A DNA stretch of 64,000 nucleotides from NCBI GenBank assembly GCA_004292515.1, contig RDXB01000039.1, positions 1,778-65,777 on the forward strand. The letters are read 5' to 3'. Below the pieces are notes generated by a model that searched no databases, was not told where the DNA came from, and saw only the letters and a program-made list of their open reading frames with translations. Positions 17,035 through 29,355 of the stretch are shown here, piece after piece; position 1 is the first letter of the stretch; every line of letters starts with the position of its first letter. Position numbers and translations under genes: made by a program. The DNA is from Oscillatoriales cyanobacterium. Its GTDB lineage: Bacteria; Cyanobacteriota; Cyanobacteriia; CACIAM-69d.

Positions 17035-19194
17035 ATGGTCATGAGAGCCACGCGCTGGGCGATCGCCCCGGAAGATGCCGATCGCGCCGTTGAGATTGCA
17101 GCGGCCACGGGCCTGTCGCCGCTGTTGGCCCAGGTGCTGATCAACCGGGGTATCGATACGCCGGAGCTGGCCGAGCTGTTTCTCGATCCGGATTTGGCGG
17201 AACTGCCCAGCCCGATCGAGGAGTTTCCCGACCTGGCCCCGGCGCTGGATCTGTTGGCCGAGGCGATCGACCGGGGCGATCGCCTCGGGATTTGTGGCGA
17301 CTACGACGCGGACGGCATGACCAGCACCGCCCTGCTGATCCGCGCCTTTCGCCATTTGGGAGCCGATGTGACCGCCTCGATTCCCAGTCGGATGACCGAC
17401 GGCTACGGGATTAACCAGCGGATCGTGGAAGAGTTTCACCAAAACGGGATCAGCCTGATCCTGACGGTGGACAACGGGATCGCCGCCTACGAGCCGATCG
17501 CCCGGGCCCGAGAACTGGGACTAACCGTGATCCTCACGGATCACCACGACGTACCGCCCAAAATTCCCCCCGCCAACGCGATCCTGAACCCGAAATTGAT
17601 CGACCCAGCCTCGCCCTACGCCGGATTGGCCGGGGTGGGTGTGGCCTACGTGTTGGCCGTGGCGTTGGCCCAGCGGATGGGGCGATCGGCCCCGTGGAAA
17701 TCCCTGTTGCAACTGTTCACCCTGGGGACGATCGCCGATCTTGCGCCCTTGACCGGCGTGAATCGGCGCTGGGTGAAACGGGGCCTCAGTTTGCTGCCCT
17801 TTTCCACGGTTCCCGGCATCCGCGCCCTGCAACAGGTGGCGGGGATTAACGTGGCTGGTAATTTGGCCGGCGATGGGCAGTCGGACGGCAACGCCATCCC
17901 TAGCGCCATGGCCAGCACCAGCAAAGGCCCCCTGAAACCGGAGGCGATCGGCTTTCGGCTCGGGCCGCGGATCAACGCCGTGGGGCGGATTCACCAGCCG
18001 AATGTGGTGATCGACCTGCTGACCACCGATGACAGCGGCGAGGCCCTAGAGCGGGCCATGCAGTGCGAGGAAATTAATCACAAGCGCCAACAGATTTGCA
18101 ACCAAATTGAGCAGGAAGCCCACGCCTGGGTGCAGGCCAGCGATCTGGATCTGAAGGCGGCGCGGGTAATGTTGGTGGTGCAACCGGATTGGCACCACGG
18201 GACGATCGGGATTGTCGCCTCGCGGTTGGTGGAACGCTACGGCGCGCCCGTGTTCATCGGCACTTACGAAGAAGACAACCCCGAGCAGGTGCGTGGTTCC
18301 GCCCGCAGCATCCCGGAATTCAACGTGTTTGAAGCCCTGGAATTTTGCAAAGATCTGCTGACCAAACATGGCGGCCACCGGGCGGCGGGCGGCTTTTCGC
18401 TCCCGGCGGCGAATTTGCCCGCTTTTGAGGCGCGGTTGCGGGAATTTGCCCAAACCTGCCTCAAGCCGGAGCATATTTGCCCACTGGTGCAGCCCGATGT
18501 GCGGGCCAGCCTGAGCGAGCTGGATGGGGAGCTGTACGAGCAAATCGATATGTTGCACCCCTGCGGCATTGGCAACCCCGATCCGGTGTTTTGGTCGCCG
18601 GGGTTGCAGGTGGTGGGTCAGCGGCAGTTGGGCCAGGATCGCAAGCATTTGCGGCTCACGCTGTCCGATGGGACGGCCCAAATCGAGGCGATCGCCTGGC
18701 GTTGGGGCGATGCGTTTCCGTTGCCGCCCGTGGTGGATCTGGCCTATCAGCTCAAGGAAAACCACTGGAACGGCGCGGTGAATTTGGAACTGGACGTGGT
18801 GGCGATTCGGCCTGCCGCTGGAGTGAGCGCCCCGGTACGATCGCTGATCGTCGCCGATCGCCCCGCCACTTACGATCCAGCCGCCACCCTGATCGTAGGC
18901 AAGGGGCTTAAGCCCCTTGCCCCCAATAGCCGCCAGCCCCTTACCCCCAGCACCCCCAAACGAGCTGGTTTTACCTTCCGCGATCGCCCCTACAACTGTG
19001 CCTGGGGCGATCGCGACGGCCAGCCAGAACTCCGCATTCGTAACCCCGAGGGCAAAGTGCTGGCCCTAGTGGATGGTGAATCCACCGGCTTGCTTGGCCC
19101 CAGTCGGGAAACGGCCGAGCCGGTGGATTTGAATCATCCCTTTTTTCGGTCGCTGATTGCCGCCGCCAAAGTGGCCCTGACTGGGACGACCTAG
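17035..19194 (+). CDS. recJ: Single-stranded DNA exonuclease RecJ with a C-terminal extension
   Basis: GDYDADGMTST, TVDNG, TDHH (DHH), GTIADLAPL, KHGGHRAAGG. Confidence 0.92.
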   Translation: MVMRATRWAIAPEDADRAVEIAAATGLSPLLAQVLINRGIDTPELAELFLDPDLAELPSPIEEFPDLAPALDLLAEAIDRGDRLGICGDYDADGMTSTALLIRAFRHLGADVTASIPSRMTDGYGINQRIVEEFHQNGISLILTVDNGIAAYEPIARARELGLTVILTDHHDVPPKIPPANAILNPKLIDPASPYAGLAGVGVAYVLAVALAQRMGRSAPWKSLLQLFTLGTIADLAPLTGVNRRWVKRGLSLLPFSTVPGIRALQQVAGINVAGNLAGDGQSDGNAIPSAMASTSKGPLKPEAIGFRLGPRINAVGRIHQPNVVIDLLTTDDSGEALERAMQCEEINHKRQQICNQIEQEAHAWVQASDLDLKAARVMLVVQPDWHHGTIGIVASRLVERYGAPVFIGTYEEDNPEQVRGSARSIPEFNVFEALEFCKDLLTKHGGHRAAGGFSLPAANLPAFEARLREFAQTCLKPEHICPLVQPDVRASLSELDGELYEQIDMLHPCGIGNPDPVFWSPGLQVVGQRQLGQDRKHLRLTLSDGTAQIEAIAWRWGDAFPLPPVVDLAYQLKENHWNGAVNLELDVVAIRPAAGVSAPVRSLIVADRPATYDPAATLIVGKGLKPLAPNSRQPLTPSTPKRAGFTFRDRPYNCAWGDRDGQPELRIRNPEGKVLALVDGESTGLLGPSRETAEPVDLNHPFFRSLIAAAKVALTGTT
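18900..18919. repeat. 20-bp palindrome embedded in-frame in recJ
   Basis: CAAGGGGCTTAAGCCCCTTG translates within GKGLKPLA. Confidence 0.9.
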
Positions 19195-19215
19195 GGGCGA
19201 TCGACTGCCACTCCG

Positions 19216-20439
19216 CTACATCGATCGCATCAAATCCGCTGCAAAGTTCCTGGGATCTTGGTCGCGGCGATGCTTGTTGGAAATCGGTGGCCCCTGGCGA
19301 TCGCCCGCCAATGCCGCCGTAGCCTCCAGGGCCGATCGCAAATGCTTGGCCGCGTAGATCGACATATCCCGAGGCACACTGATCCGATCGCGCAGATACC
19401 GTAACCCCACCTCCGACCCCGCCGGAGGTTGACAAGCCTGCCCCGTCATCATCTGCGTCAAGGCACAGCGCAGAGCCAGATCAAACTGATCATCGGCCAA
19501 GGGATTGACACGAACCAACGTCGTGCGATGCTTCACCACCCGGTGCAGCGCCTCAACTGGTGCAGTTTCCGGCTCCGGATAGGTCACATCGGGCAGCCCC
19601 CACCAGGGGCCCTGATCCACCCGCTGTTGATTCAGTTGGGTTTGGCGATCGTCATTGGCCCAGCAGCCCCCCATCTGTGGCGGCAAATCATGCACATGGG
19701 TCTGAAAATCGCTTTGGGTTCCCCGATAGGTCGATCGCGTTTCCATGGCCGCAAACCAAGCTTGGAAATAGGGATTTTCCTCACGCAGGGAATAGCCTTT
19801 GTAGTAGAACAAGCTGGCATTCATCCGCTCCACGTAGGGCGTAAAAACCACATCTACGGTGCTGAAGCGATCGAGGAAATAAGGGCCCGGAGTTGCCGCC
19901 AAGGCCGCTTCCACCATCGCCACTACTTCAACAAATTGCTGACGGTTACGTTGTTCCTGAGCGGCCGACATTGTGGGGTAGCAGAGCCAAGAACACCAAG
20001 CCCGAAATAGCAACCGTTCGAGCCGACGCAGGGGCAACACAGCCCGATCGTTCATGCCATAGGCCAGTGGGCCAAACGTTTGCTCTAGGGCTACCAAAAT
20101 ATCATCACTTTCGGTAATGATCCGGCCATCTAGCTCCAGGGCCGGCAGCATTCCCGATCGGACTTTTTGTTTATACCAAGCCTCTTTTTCTCCATAGCAA
20201 AACATCGTCACTTTTTCGATCCGGTAGGGAATTTGCTGTTCCTCTAGCCAGAGCCAAACTTTTTGGCAATAGGGGCACCAAGCATGGTGATCGCGATAGA
20301 GCGTCACCCGCACTGCTGATTCCGGTTGGCCAAATAGCCGCAACCGGGCCTGGGCATTGGTGGGACCCTGGAGGCGATCGAAAACAAAGGGTTCGGCCAA
20401 GGCGGTTAATTCTGCCCAGCTCAAAGGGGAAAGGCTCAT
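19216..20439 (-). CDS. Glutathione S-transferase family protein
   Basis: [40 protein letters not shown]. Confidence 0.85.
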   Translation of the reverse strand: MSLSPLSWAELTALAEPFVFDRLQGPTNAQARLRLFGQPESAVRVTLYRDHHAWCPYCQKVWLWLEEQQIPYRIEKVTMFCYGEKEAWYKQKVRSGMLPALELDGRIITESDDILVALEQTFGPLAYGMNDRAVLPLRRLERLLFRAWCSWLCYPTMSAAQEQRNRQQFVEVVAMVEAALAATPGPYFLDRFSTVDVVFTPYVERMNASLFYYKGYSLREENPYFQAWFAAMETRSTYRGTQSDFQTHVHDLPPQMGGCWANDDRQTQLNQQRVDQGPWWGLPDVTYPEPETAPVEALHRVVKHRTTLVRVNPLADDQFDLALRCALTQMMTGQACQPPAGSEVGLRYLRDRISVPRDMSIYAAKHLRSALEATAALAGDRQGPPISNKHRRDQDPRNFAADLMRSM

Positions 20440-20496
20440 AGGGTTTTGGAACGCAGCGGCTGAATGGGCTGAATCCTAGCTTAGGGGAATCAGCTC

Positions 20497-23400
20497 CTAG
20501 GTGGACTCGCTCCATTCGGGTTGCTCGATCGGAATTTCAATCAAGAACTCCGTACCGCCGGTTGGGGCTTCCCGACAGTCTAAGGTGCCGCGATGCTTGT
20601 CCACCACAATTTGATAGGAAATCGACAGGCCTAGGCCAGTGCCCTGGCCCACGGGCTTGGTGGTAAAGAATGGATCGAAGAGCTTGGAACGCAGGTCTTC
20701 GTCGATGCCGCGCCCATTGTCCGCAATCAACACCCGCACTCGATCGCCTTCCACCAAACCTGTTTCGATCGTAATTGTGGGCATGGCGATCGTCGATAGG
20801 CGGGTTTCCTCAAAGCCCTCCCCGCCCAAGCGCCCAACTGCTGCGTGAATGCTCGTTTCGGCCGCTTGCAACGCCCGTGCCGATCGCCGCGATCGCGGTC
20901 GTCCATAGCGCTCCTCTAGGGCATCGATCGCATTGCCAATCACATTCATAAACACCTGATTGAGCTGCCCCGCATAGCAGACAACCAAGGGCAAATCACC
21001 ATAGTGTTTAATGACTTCAATGCCGGGAAAATTGCTGTTGGCCTTAAAGCGATGCTGCAAAATCAACAGGGTATTTTCAATCCCTTCGTGGATATTCACC
21101 GGCTTCATTTCCGCTTGATCTAACCGCGAGAAATTCCGCAGGGAAGCCACAATTTGGCAAATGCGATCGGCTCCCAACTGCATCGATTGCAGGGTCTTGG
21201 GCAGATCATCACAGAGGAAATCCACATCAATGTCTTGGGCAAATTTCGACACCGTATCCGTCGGGACGGGATAGCTCTCTTGGTAATGCTGAATCAGCGA
21301 TAGCAAATCTTGCGTGTAGCGACGGGCGTAGGTCAGATTGCCATGAATAAAAGTGGTGGGGTTATTAATTTCATGGGCAATCCCAGCCACCATTTGTCCC
21401 AAACTGGACATTTTTTCGTTTTGAATCAGTTGGGTTTGGGCGGTTTTCAGTTCCTGGAGGGCAGTGCTGAGGCGCGTGGCTTGCTCCTGGGCTTGGATGG
21501 CAGTGACTTGGGCTTTGCCGTAGAGTTCCGCCTGGTCGATCGCCGTGGCCAGTTGATCCGTAACGGCGCGCAACAGTTCCACGTCGCGCTCGCTCCAGGT
21601 GCGTACTTGGGTGCTGTGACCACATTCAATCACCCCGATCGCCCCCGATCGCGTTTGCACCGGCAGGGCCAACAGGGCCCGATAACCCCGATCCTCCATC
21701 ATCTGCTTGAGGGTGTGATTGTCGATGCGCGACACATCATCGGCCCGCAGGCACTTGCTCCACATCAACTGCTGTAGGAAGTAGCTGGCGTAGATGTGGT
21801 GATAGGGGCCTAGGGCGCTGGGGACGGCGGGGCGGCGCGACTCATTGACCACATCCCAGGCCGGAATTCCACCGCCCGCGTCGGCCGAGTACCAAGCAAA
21901 CAGACAGCGATCGGTATCTAGCAGGTTGCGAATGCCCTGCACGGCCGATTCCAAGATGGTTTCCAAGTCCAGAGAATTGCGGATCTGGGCTGCCAACTGG
22001 AACAACAGGGCTTCCCGGCGGGTGGTCAGCTCCTGGCGCGCTTGGGCCCGGTCGATACCCACGGCGATCGCGCTGGCCAGCCAACCCAACGCATCCTGTA
22101 CTGCCTCCGTAAAGGGTTCCGTGCGATAGAGCGCCAAAGCCCCCACCAGGCGATCTTCAACTACCAGCGGGAAGCCTGCAAAGTGTAATTCCAGCGGAGT
22201 TTGTCCCCGATCGCGCAGGAGGGCACATTCGCTACGAAACACCGCATTGCGCGATCGAGCTACGGCGGCCACCGTCGAAAGCTCCGGCACACTCAAGTTG
22301 ATTTTGTCGCGCAGGGCATCATCCAGCAGGGGCAAATCTAGGGGCAGTTCGTTGTTGGGATTGCGGTTGACCTGGGCTTGGAGGGTCAGATAGGTTGGAT
22401 CCAACGCCACCATCCAGAGCCGCGCCAAGTTGCAGTCCAACTGACCGGCCATCATCTCGGCACAAGTTTGGAGAATTTCGGCCAGCTCGCCCCGCTGGCA
22501 GAGGGCAATCCCCACTTCGGCTTCCAAAATCGACAGGCGAGATCGCTCCATCAGGGTTTCTTGGGCCCGCTTGCGATCGGTAATGTCTTCTACCGTCCCT
22601 TCATAGCAAACCAATCGACCCGACTCATCCAGCAGGGCCGAGGCATTTTCTGAAATCCAAATTCGCTGCCCATCCGCCCGGTAGACTTCTGATTCAAACC
22701 CCAGTACCCGTGATTCCAGTTGTAGGCGCGTCATCAACTCACGGGACCGATCGGGCTGCACGTAGGGTGGACTGCCCTGGCGATCGAACGACTCGATCAG
22801 CGCCACAGACGACTCATAGCCATAGATCCGGGCCATGGCCGGGTTGGCGTTCAGGTAGCGACCATCGGGCAGGGCCTGATAGATCCCTTCGATCGCATTT
22901 TCAAAGATGCTGCGGAACCGTTCCTCGGCCTCGCGCACAGCCCGTTCAGCTTCCTTGCGTTCGGTGATATCAATCCCCAACACAAAGGCCGCCCGATCGC
23001 GATCGTATTTTTGGGCCACCACCAAATAGCTCTCGATCCGATCGCCCACCGGCCGCGACACCTCCCGCGTTGCCACCTGAATCGGCGTGGCAAAAAATTC
23101 CGCCACAAACTCCCGAAACTCCTGCCCATAGCCCAAAAAACCAATGTCTTGGCCCACAAACTCTTCAACCGATCGCCCAAAGGTTTGGGCTAAATGGTTG
23201 TTCACCTCCAAGTAGCGCAAGTCTGAGCCAACGCGCGACACCGTACCCGGCACCGCAGCCAAAATCGCTTCGAGGCGATCCTTCAAGGTGCGCAAGCTAG
23301 CCTCAGCCCGTCGCCGCTCGGTAATATCCTCAACCGTGCCTTCGTAGTAGAGCAGCTCACCATCTTCGTCATAAACCGCCCGCGCCGACTCCGAGATCCA

Positions 23401-24738
23401 AATGCGCCGCCCATCGGCCCGATAGACTTCCGATTCAAAATTGGTGAGAGAGCCTTGGCGCTGCACCTCTTGCACAAACTCTTGGCGGCGCTTGGGATTG
23501 ATGTAGAGGTTTTGGGTGGCATTCAGGGCCAACAGCATCACGTCCGGGCCGCTGTAGCCATAAATCCGCGCCAGAGCTGGGTTGGCGCTCAGATAGCGAC
23601 CATCGGGGGTGGTTTGAAAAATCCCTTCGATCGCGTTTTCAAAAATGCTGCGATATTGCGCTTCGGCCGCATAAACCGCCGACTGGGAGGTTTGCAGGCG
23701 ATCGAGCGTCATATTCAAGGTCGTAGCCAGATCCGACAGCTCATCGGTTCCCGGCATGGTCTGCACCCGCTGGGTGGGGTCGGCGCTGGCCCCGATCGCC
23801 TTTACCTCCTCACTCAGCCGCATCAACCGCGCCAACACCAGTTTTTCCAGCAACAACAGGGTGATGGTGGCAAACATCAAGCCCCCCACCACCAACAAAA
23901 TCAGCGTGTAGCGCAGGCTGATCAGCCCTCGGTTGTAAATGGCCCGATCGAGATCCACCCGCACCACCAAACTGGGGTGATGGTATAGATCATCGAGCAA
24001 GGCATAGCCCAGCAAGCGATCTTGGGCCACCATATCCAGGGCCACGGTTTCCTCGCCCGCCAGCAAAGATTTCACCGCCGCTATTTCGGTTGGCTGTTGC
24101 TCGGCCGTTGCTAGGGGCTGCAAGCTCAAGTTCAGTTGAGTTAGTCGGGCAGCGCGCTCAATCTCTGGCCCCGCCAGAAACCGCCCCAACAGCAGAGTGC
24201 CTCGAATCGGGCCCTCGGCTTCACTGGTCACGATCGGGCGGGCCGCCACCATCATCGGCCCCTCGGGCAATTGCAACAGGCCGCGCACGGAACTGGTGGT
24301 GGTGTCATGGGCCAGCAGGGGACTGTCAGGCTGGAGATGCTCCCACAGGCTGGCTGGAACCGGAATTCGTTGACGCTGCTCGAGGTTGTAGCCCTGCTGC
24401 AAGACGGGTTTGTCGCTTTCGTCGAGTACGACTAGGGCATTTAGGCGTAAGTAATCGAAGGTGCGATCGACAAAATTTGATCGCTCGTAGGCCGGATCAT
24501 GATTTTTGACAAAGGCGTAGGTCGTGTCCCACTCGGAATAGTCACGGGCTGTGGCATCCAGATCCGCCGCATTGTCCATCAACACGCTCAGGGCCCGTTG
24601 CACATCCCGCTCAACCTCTCGCCGCTCCAGTTGACCGTAGCCATCCAGCAACAGGTTAGACGAAGAGGCAAACAGCAATAGATTTAAGCAAAGTAACGCT
24701 AAACCCACGATCGCTAGCGTTTTCAGCCGTAATTTCAA
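20497..24738 (-). CDS. Membrane sensor histidine kinase: CHASE4-HAMP-PAS x3-GAF x2-HisKA-HATPase
   Basis: Two TM helices around a CHASE4-like WDTTYAF segment; repeated [15 protein letters not shown] units; H-box AHEINNP; [25 protein letters not shown] start follows AGGAGGT. Confidence 0.9.
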   Translation of the reverse strand: MKLRLKTLAIVGLALLCLNLLLFASSSNLLLDGYGQLERREVERDVQRALSVLMDNAADLDATARDYSEWDTTYAFVKNHDPAYERSNFVDRTFDYLRLNALVVLDESDKPVLQQGYNLEQRQRIPVPASLWEHLQPDSPLLAHDTTTSSVRGLLQLPEGPMMVAARPIVTSEAEGPIRGTLLLGRFLAGPEIERAARLTQLNLSLQPLATAEQQPTEIAAVKSLLAGEETVALDMVAQDRLLGYALLDDLYHHPSLVVRVDLDRAIYNRGLISLRYTLILLVVGGLMFATITLLLLEKLVLARLMRLSEEVKAIGASADPTQRVQTMPGTDELSDLATTLNMTLDRLQTSQSAVYAAEAQYRSIFENAIEGIFQTTPDGRYLSANPALARIYGYSGPDVMLLALNATQNLYINPKRRQEFVQEVQRQGSLTNFESEVYRADGRRIWISESARAVYDEDGELLYYEGTVEDITERRRAEASLRTLKDRLEAILAAVPGTVSRVGSDLRYLEVNNHLAQTFGRSVEEFVGQDIGFLGYGQEFREFVAEFFATPIQVATREVSRPVGDRIESYLVVAQKYDRDRAAFVLGIDITERKEAERAVREAEERFRSIFENAIEGIYQALPDGRYLNANPAMARIYGYESSVALIESFDRQGSPPYVQPDRSRELMTRLQLESRVLGFESEVYRADGQRIWISENASALLDESGRLVCYEGTVEDITDRKRAQETLMERSRLSILEAEVGIALCQRGELAEILQTCAEMMAGQLDCNLARLWMVALDPTYLTLQAQVNRNPNNELPLDLPLLDDALRDKINLSVPELSTVAAVARSRNAVFRSECALLRDRGQTPLELHFAGFPLVVEDRLVGALALYRTEPFTEAVQDALGWLASAIAVGIDRAQARQELTTRREALLFQLAAQIRNSLDLETILESAVQGIRNLLDTDRCLFAWYSADAGGGIPAWDVVNESRRPAVPSALGPYHHIYASYFLQQLMWSKCLRADDVSRIDNHTLKQMMEDRGYRALLALPVQTRSGAIGVIECGHSTQVRTWSERDVELLRAVTDQLATAIDQAELYGKAQVTAIQAQEQATRLSTALQELKTAQTQLIQNEKMSSLGQMVAGIAHEINNPTTFIHGNLTYARRYTQDLLSLIQHYQESYPVPTDTVSKFAQDIDVDFLCDDLPKTLQSMQLGADRICQIVASLRNFSRLDQAEMKPVNIHEGIENTLLILQHRFKANSNFPGIEVIKHYGDLPLVVCYAGQLNQVFMNVIGNAIDALEERYGRPRSRRSARALQAAETSIHAAVGRLGGEGFEETRLSTIAMPTITIETGLVEGDRVRVLIADNGRGIDEDLRSKLFDPFFTTKPVGQGTGLGLSISYQIVVDKHRGTLDCREAPTGGTEFLIEIPIEQPEWSEST

Positions 24739-25619
24739 ACCTGCTACCTCCTGCTGCCTCCCGATCGGCTGATCGGGCCTCTGCTTAATAGCGATCGCGG
24801 AAAACCAGGGTGGATTCCAGCAGCGATCGCTTGCTCAACTGCTGTTTGGGTCTGGTGGTGGGGTTTTGCCCCTCAGTTGCTAGACCGGGCACAAGCCGGT
24901 TACGCGATCATGAGAGTTGGCAGGCTGTGACCTGCGATCACGGGTTTTATCCCTTCAATCTAGACAATTCCTGAGGGGATTCGCGCCTATCAATCGATTA
25001 ACTCTGCTGAGGCATTGCACCATCAACCTCTGGGCGATCGCTCAGTCGATTGCAGGCAAATCAACCTAGCCGTTTCTTGTTTCAAGGTCTCCCGATCCAA
25101 GTCGGGATTGAAATCACCTCAATTAGGATTTTCGGTCACGCTGGTCAACCTTGATGGCTCTTCCGTTGATTAACCCCCTCACCAATGCCTGCCAATGGCA
25201 GCGCTAGTTAGGCCATGTGATTTTGGCCACCGAGCGACGGAGCCATCACCCACAGCGCAACCCGGGGAGCATGATCACGGTTGCTGCATAGTTAGTTAGT
25301 CTGGGGCATGGGCAATCGTGGTGTTTCTCAAGCCTAACGGGCCCCCTAGGGCACAGTCAGGCGATCGGCACAAGCCTGTGCCCAACGCTGGCTCTTTTCA
25401 ACTCTGGTCGCCACCCGGTGTGGGAGGAATGGCGATCGGCACCCTGCACGAGAGTTGAAACTTCACGGTCGATCACTAATTTTAGCGATTTGTCGCAATT
25501 CAGAATGTTACGAAACTGGCCCGATCGCCCATCCTGCATTCACGGCCATTCCTGATTGGTTGGGTCGCGCTCAAGTCCCGGTGCGTGGGAGCATCCATCA
25601 GGCGTTTCATAATACCCAC

Positions 25620-25645
25620 AAAAAAAGGGTAGGCAATGCCCACCC
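25620..25645 (-). terminator. Rho-independent terminator of thiC
   Basis: Minus strand GGGTGGGC-ATT-GCCTACCC followed by T7, about 70 nt after the thiC stop. Confidence 0.8.
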
Positions 25646-25715
25646 CTCGCGATTTGATTAGGTCGATCGCACCCCACGGGCCGATCGCACCTAACATCAG
25701 TGCTTGGCTAGATGA

Positions 25716-27116
<1,401 letters not shown>

Positions 27117-27123
27117 TCAAAAA

Positions 27124-27206
27124 ACAGCTTTCCTACGCCGGTTTGAACCGGATCAGGTTCTAAGGGTGTGTTCTCAGCCTGGAAACGATCCCAGACACCC
27201 CTAGCT
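27124..27206 (-). promoter_or_regulatory. TPP riboswitch
   Basis: Minus strand AGGGGTGTCTG...GCTGAGAACACACCCTTAGAACCTGATCCGGTTCAAACCGGCGTAGGAAAGC, immediately upstream of thiC. Confidence 0.95.
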
Positions 27207-27457
27207 CGGCCAGTTGATCGCTGGCACTCGGGTTTCATCCTACCATTTTGGTTCGGAGGAGATGGGGCCCAAAAGCAGGCCAGCTCCTGGGGCGATCGCG
27301 GTGAGGCAAGCGATCGACCAGCGCGTGATCCCGGTGGAATCTGGCCCGATCTCCTGTGGGTTAATAACCCTGACGCTTGCTTGACTCTAGTGCAGGAGAT
27401 GGGCATTCATTGCTTAAGAAAGGGCAATATTCCCAGTAAAATGCCGAGAGTCTTTCG

Positions 27458-27910
27458 GTGGGGATGGGTGAAGTTTTTATGGTGCGCGGCCCTGGATTTT
27501 GGTTCACGTTTATTTACTACACCGTGACAGCAACGACCGTGGCGGCGATCGCCAGCGCTCCGCTCTTGTTTGAGGGAAATCTGGGTCTGGAAGCCTTACA
27601 AACAGCCTTGCCCGCTGGTTTAGCGATCGGAGCCTTGGGGGCTTATTTTAACCACAGCATTGCGATCGATTTTGCAATGAAAAATACCCGCGAATTTCAA
27701 CAGCAACTCACCCAGACCCTGGCAGACTTGGGATTTAGCCCCATGACCGATCCTGACCCAGCTCTGGCTGAATTTGCAGTGTACGAGCGCGGGGCGATCG
27801 GCAAGTGGTTTTCCGGGCGGGTGTTGGTGAAGCTCGATCGCCAACAGGCCACCATTATGGGGCGGGCGGGCTTGATGCGAAAACTGCGCGATCGCCTTTC
27901 CCAAGCTTGA
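27458..27910 (+). CDS. Hypothetical membrane protein
   Basis: Two hydrophobic helices followed by a soluble tail; gene-like codon usage; divergent from thiC. Confidence 0.6.
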   Translation: MGMGEVFMVRGPGFWFTFIYYTVTATTVAAIASAPLLFEGNLGLEALQTALPAGLAIGALGAYFNHSIAIDFAMKNTREFQQQLTQTLADLGFSPMTDPDPALAEFAVYERGAIGKWFSGRVLVKLDRQQATIMGRAGLMRKLRDRLSQA

Positions 27911-27949
27911 TTGCATCCGTCAGCAGATCGTTGAGGATCACAGGGGCTG

Positions 27950-28162
27950 AGGGCTGGTCGTCAAATCGCCCAAAACCCTGCTTCCACCGTGAGCAGATCG
28001 TGGGGAATAAGATGCTCAGGGCTGGTTGTCAAATCGCCCAAAACCCTGCTTCCACCGTGAGCAGATCGTGGTGCAGCAAGGGGCTTAAGCCCCTTGTTAC
28101 GACGACTGGCGCACAAAAAATCGACCGTTTCAGCTTCATTTCAGCGAATGACGATCGGCCCT
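27950..28162 (+). mobile_element. Nested ~145-bp MITE-like element: full copy at 28018-28162 preceded by a left half at 27950-28017
   Basis: Imperfect TIRs AGGGCTGGTTGTCA / TGACGATCGGCCCT; internal AAACCCTG..TCCACCGT.AGC.GATCGT and the 20-bp palindrome; homologous to 30497-30640, 48960-49103 and 55915-56014. Confidence 0.75.
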
Positions 28163-28176
28163 AATGCTGCAAATGG

Positions 28177-28209
28177 GTAGGGGCAGGAGTTCAAGCCCCC
28201 TGCCCCTAC
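28177..28209. repeat. GTAG-footed REP-like hairpin
   Basis: GTAGGGGCAGG ... CCTGCCCCTAC, 11-bp stem. Confidence 0.7.
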
Positions 28210-28615
28210 GTGATTGGGTATCGATTGTGGAAACTGCTCGAAAACTGGTGAGTGACCAGCATTTAGCGGTTTATTAGCTGTTCAACTGACGACGCAGTTG
28301 CTCCAGAGCCGCTTTACCAATATTGAAAACAGCCCAGCTAGCGGCCAGCAGGAGCGGAGCAACCACAACCAAAACGCGCCAATCCATATCTCAATCTCCC
28401 GTAACAGTTCTAAAAACAGGCGAGCCAATTTAATTAAATGCCATTGTCGGGCATTTCGGGCATCCTGGCACAAATCGATTGGCTATCTGTATCGGTTCCG
28501 ATGGGGTTTGCGATGGGGTTTGCGATGGGGTTACGGATCGGTTGCAGACCTGTGACCGATCGCAAAGTATCGAGGGTGTTGGCCCCTTGGCGGTTTGCCC
28601 TCAGGAGCCTACCCG

Positions 28616-29224
28616 CTAATGGGGATCGGTGAATCCCAGATCTGTGCCCTGGCCCGCATGGACGAGGGCCAGCTTGCGGTAGCGATCGGCATGGTCAACT
28701 TGGGCGGCCACTTCTGCGTCACTGAGCGATCGCACCACCTTGCCGGGAATACCCACCACCAGCGATCGCGGTGGCACATCTTTGGTGACGACGGCTCCCG
28801 CGCCGACAATGCTGCCCGCCCCAACCCGCACGCCGTTGAGGACGATCGCCCCCATGCCAATCATGCAGCCCCGTTCGATGTGGGCTGAGTGAATAATCGC
28901 CCGGTGGCCCACGGTCACGTCGGCTTCTAGGATCGTTGGCTGGCCCGGATCGCCGTGGAGCACTGCGCCGTCTTGCACATTGCTGTTGGAACCCACCACA
29001 ATTTGTTCCACATCGCCCCGCAACACGGCTCCATACCAAACGCTTGCCCCCTCAGCCAGGGTGACCCGACCGATCACCGTGGCATTGGCCGCCACAAAGG
29101 CCGCCGCTGCGATCTCCGGCGTACCCAGCACGGGGTGGGCGATCGCGCCGGCCGAATCCAAACGTGACAAATCTAAACTGGACAAATCCAAGGGTGACAA
29201 ATCCGAACGTGACAAATGATTCAT
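28616..29224 (-). CDS. Gamma carbonic anhydrase family (hexapeptide-repeat) protein
   Basis: VWYGAVLRGDV, NVQDGAVLH, VTVGHRAIIH. The N-terminus is built from a 15-bp repeat. Confidence 0.88.
   Translation of the reverse strand: MNHLSRSDLSPLDLSSLDLSRLDSAGAIAHPVLGTPEIAAAAFVAANATVIGRVTLAEGASVWYGAVLRGDVEQIVVGSNSNVQDGAVLHGDPGQPTILEADVTVGHRAIIHSAHIERGCMIGMGAIVLNGVRVGAGSIVGAGAVVTKDVPPRSLVVGIPGKVVRSLSDAEVAAQVDHADRYRKLALVHAGQGTDLGFTDPH
29161..29220. repeat. 15-bp tandem repeat x4 encoding the (LS.xD)n N-terminus of the gamma-CA
   Basis: AACGTGACAAATCTA / AACTGGACAAATCCA / AGGGTGACAAATCCG / AACGTGACAAATGAT. Confidence 0.8.
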
Positions 29225-29355
29225 GAAACGCGGGTTTTGTCCCAAGCCGCCAAAACGACATCGTTATAATAGGACAGCAATTAGACAGCGCGGCAATTGC
29301 CCGCGATCGAACCCCGCTTCCACCGCCTGTTTTGCCCGAGGTTTCGATCGGACTC

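Noticed and set aside
28177-28209. tRNA T-arm-like GGAGTTCAAGCCCC
   Set aside because: It is the loop of a simple GTAG REP hairpin; there is no cloverleaf, anticodon arm or acceptor stem.
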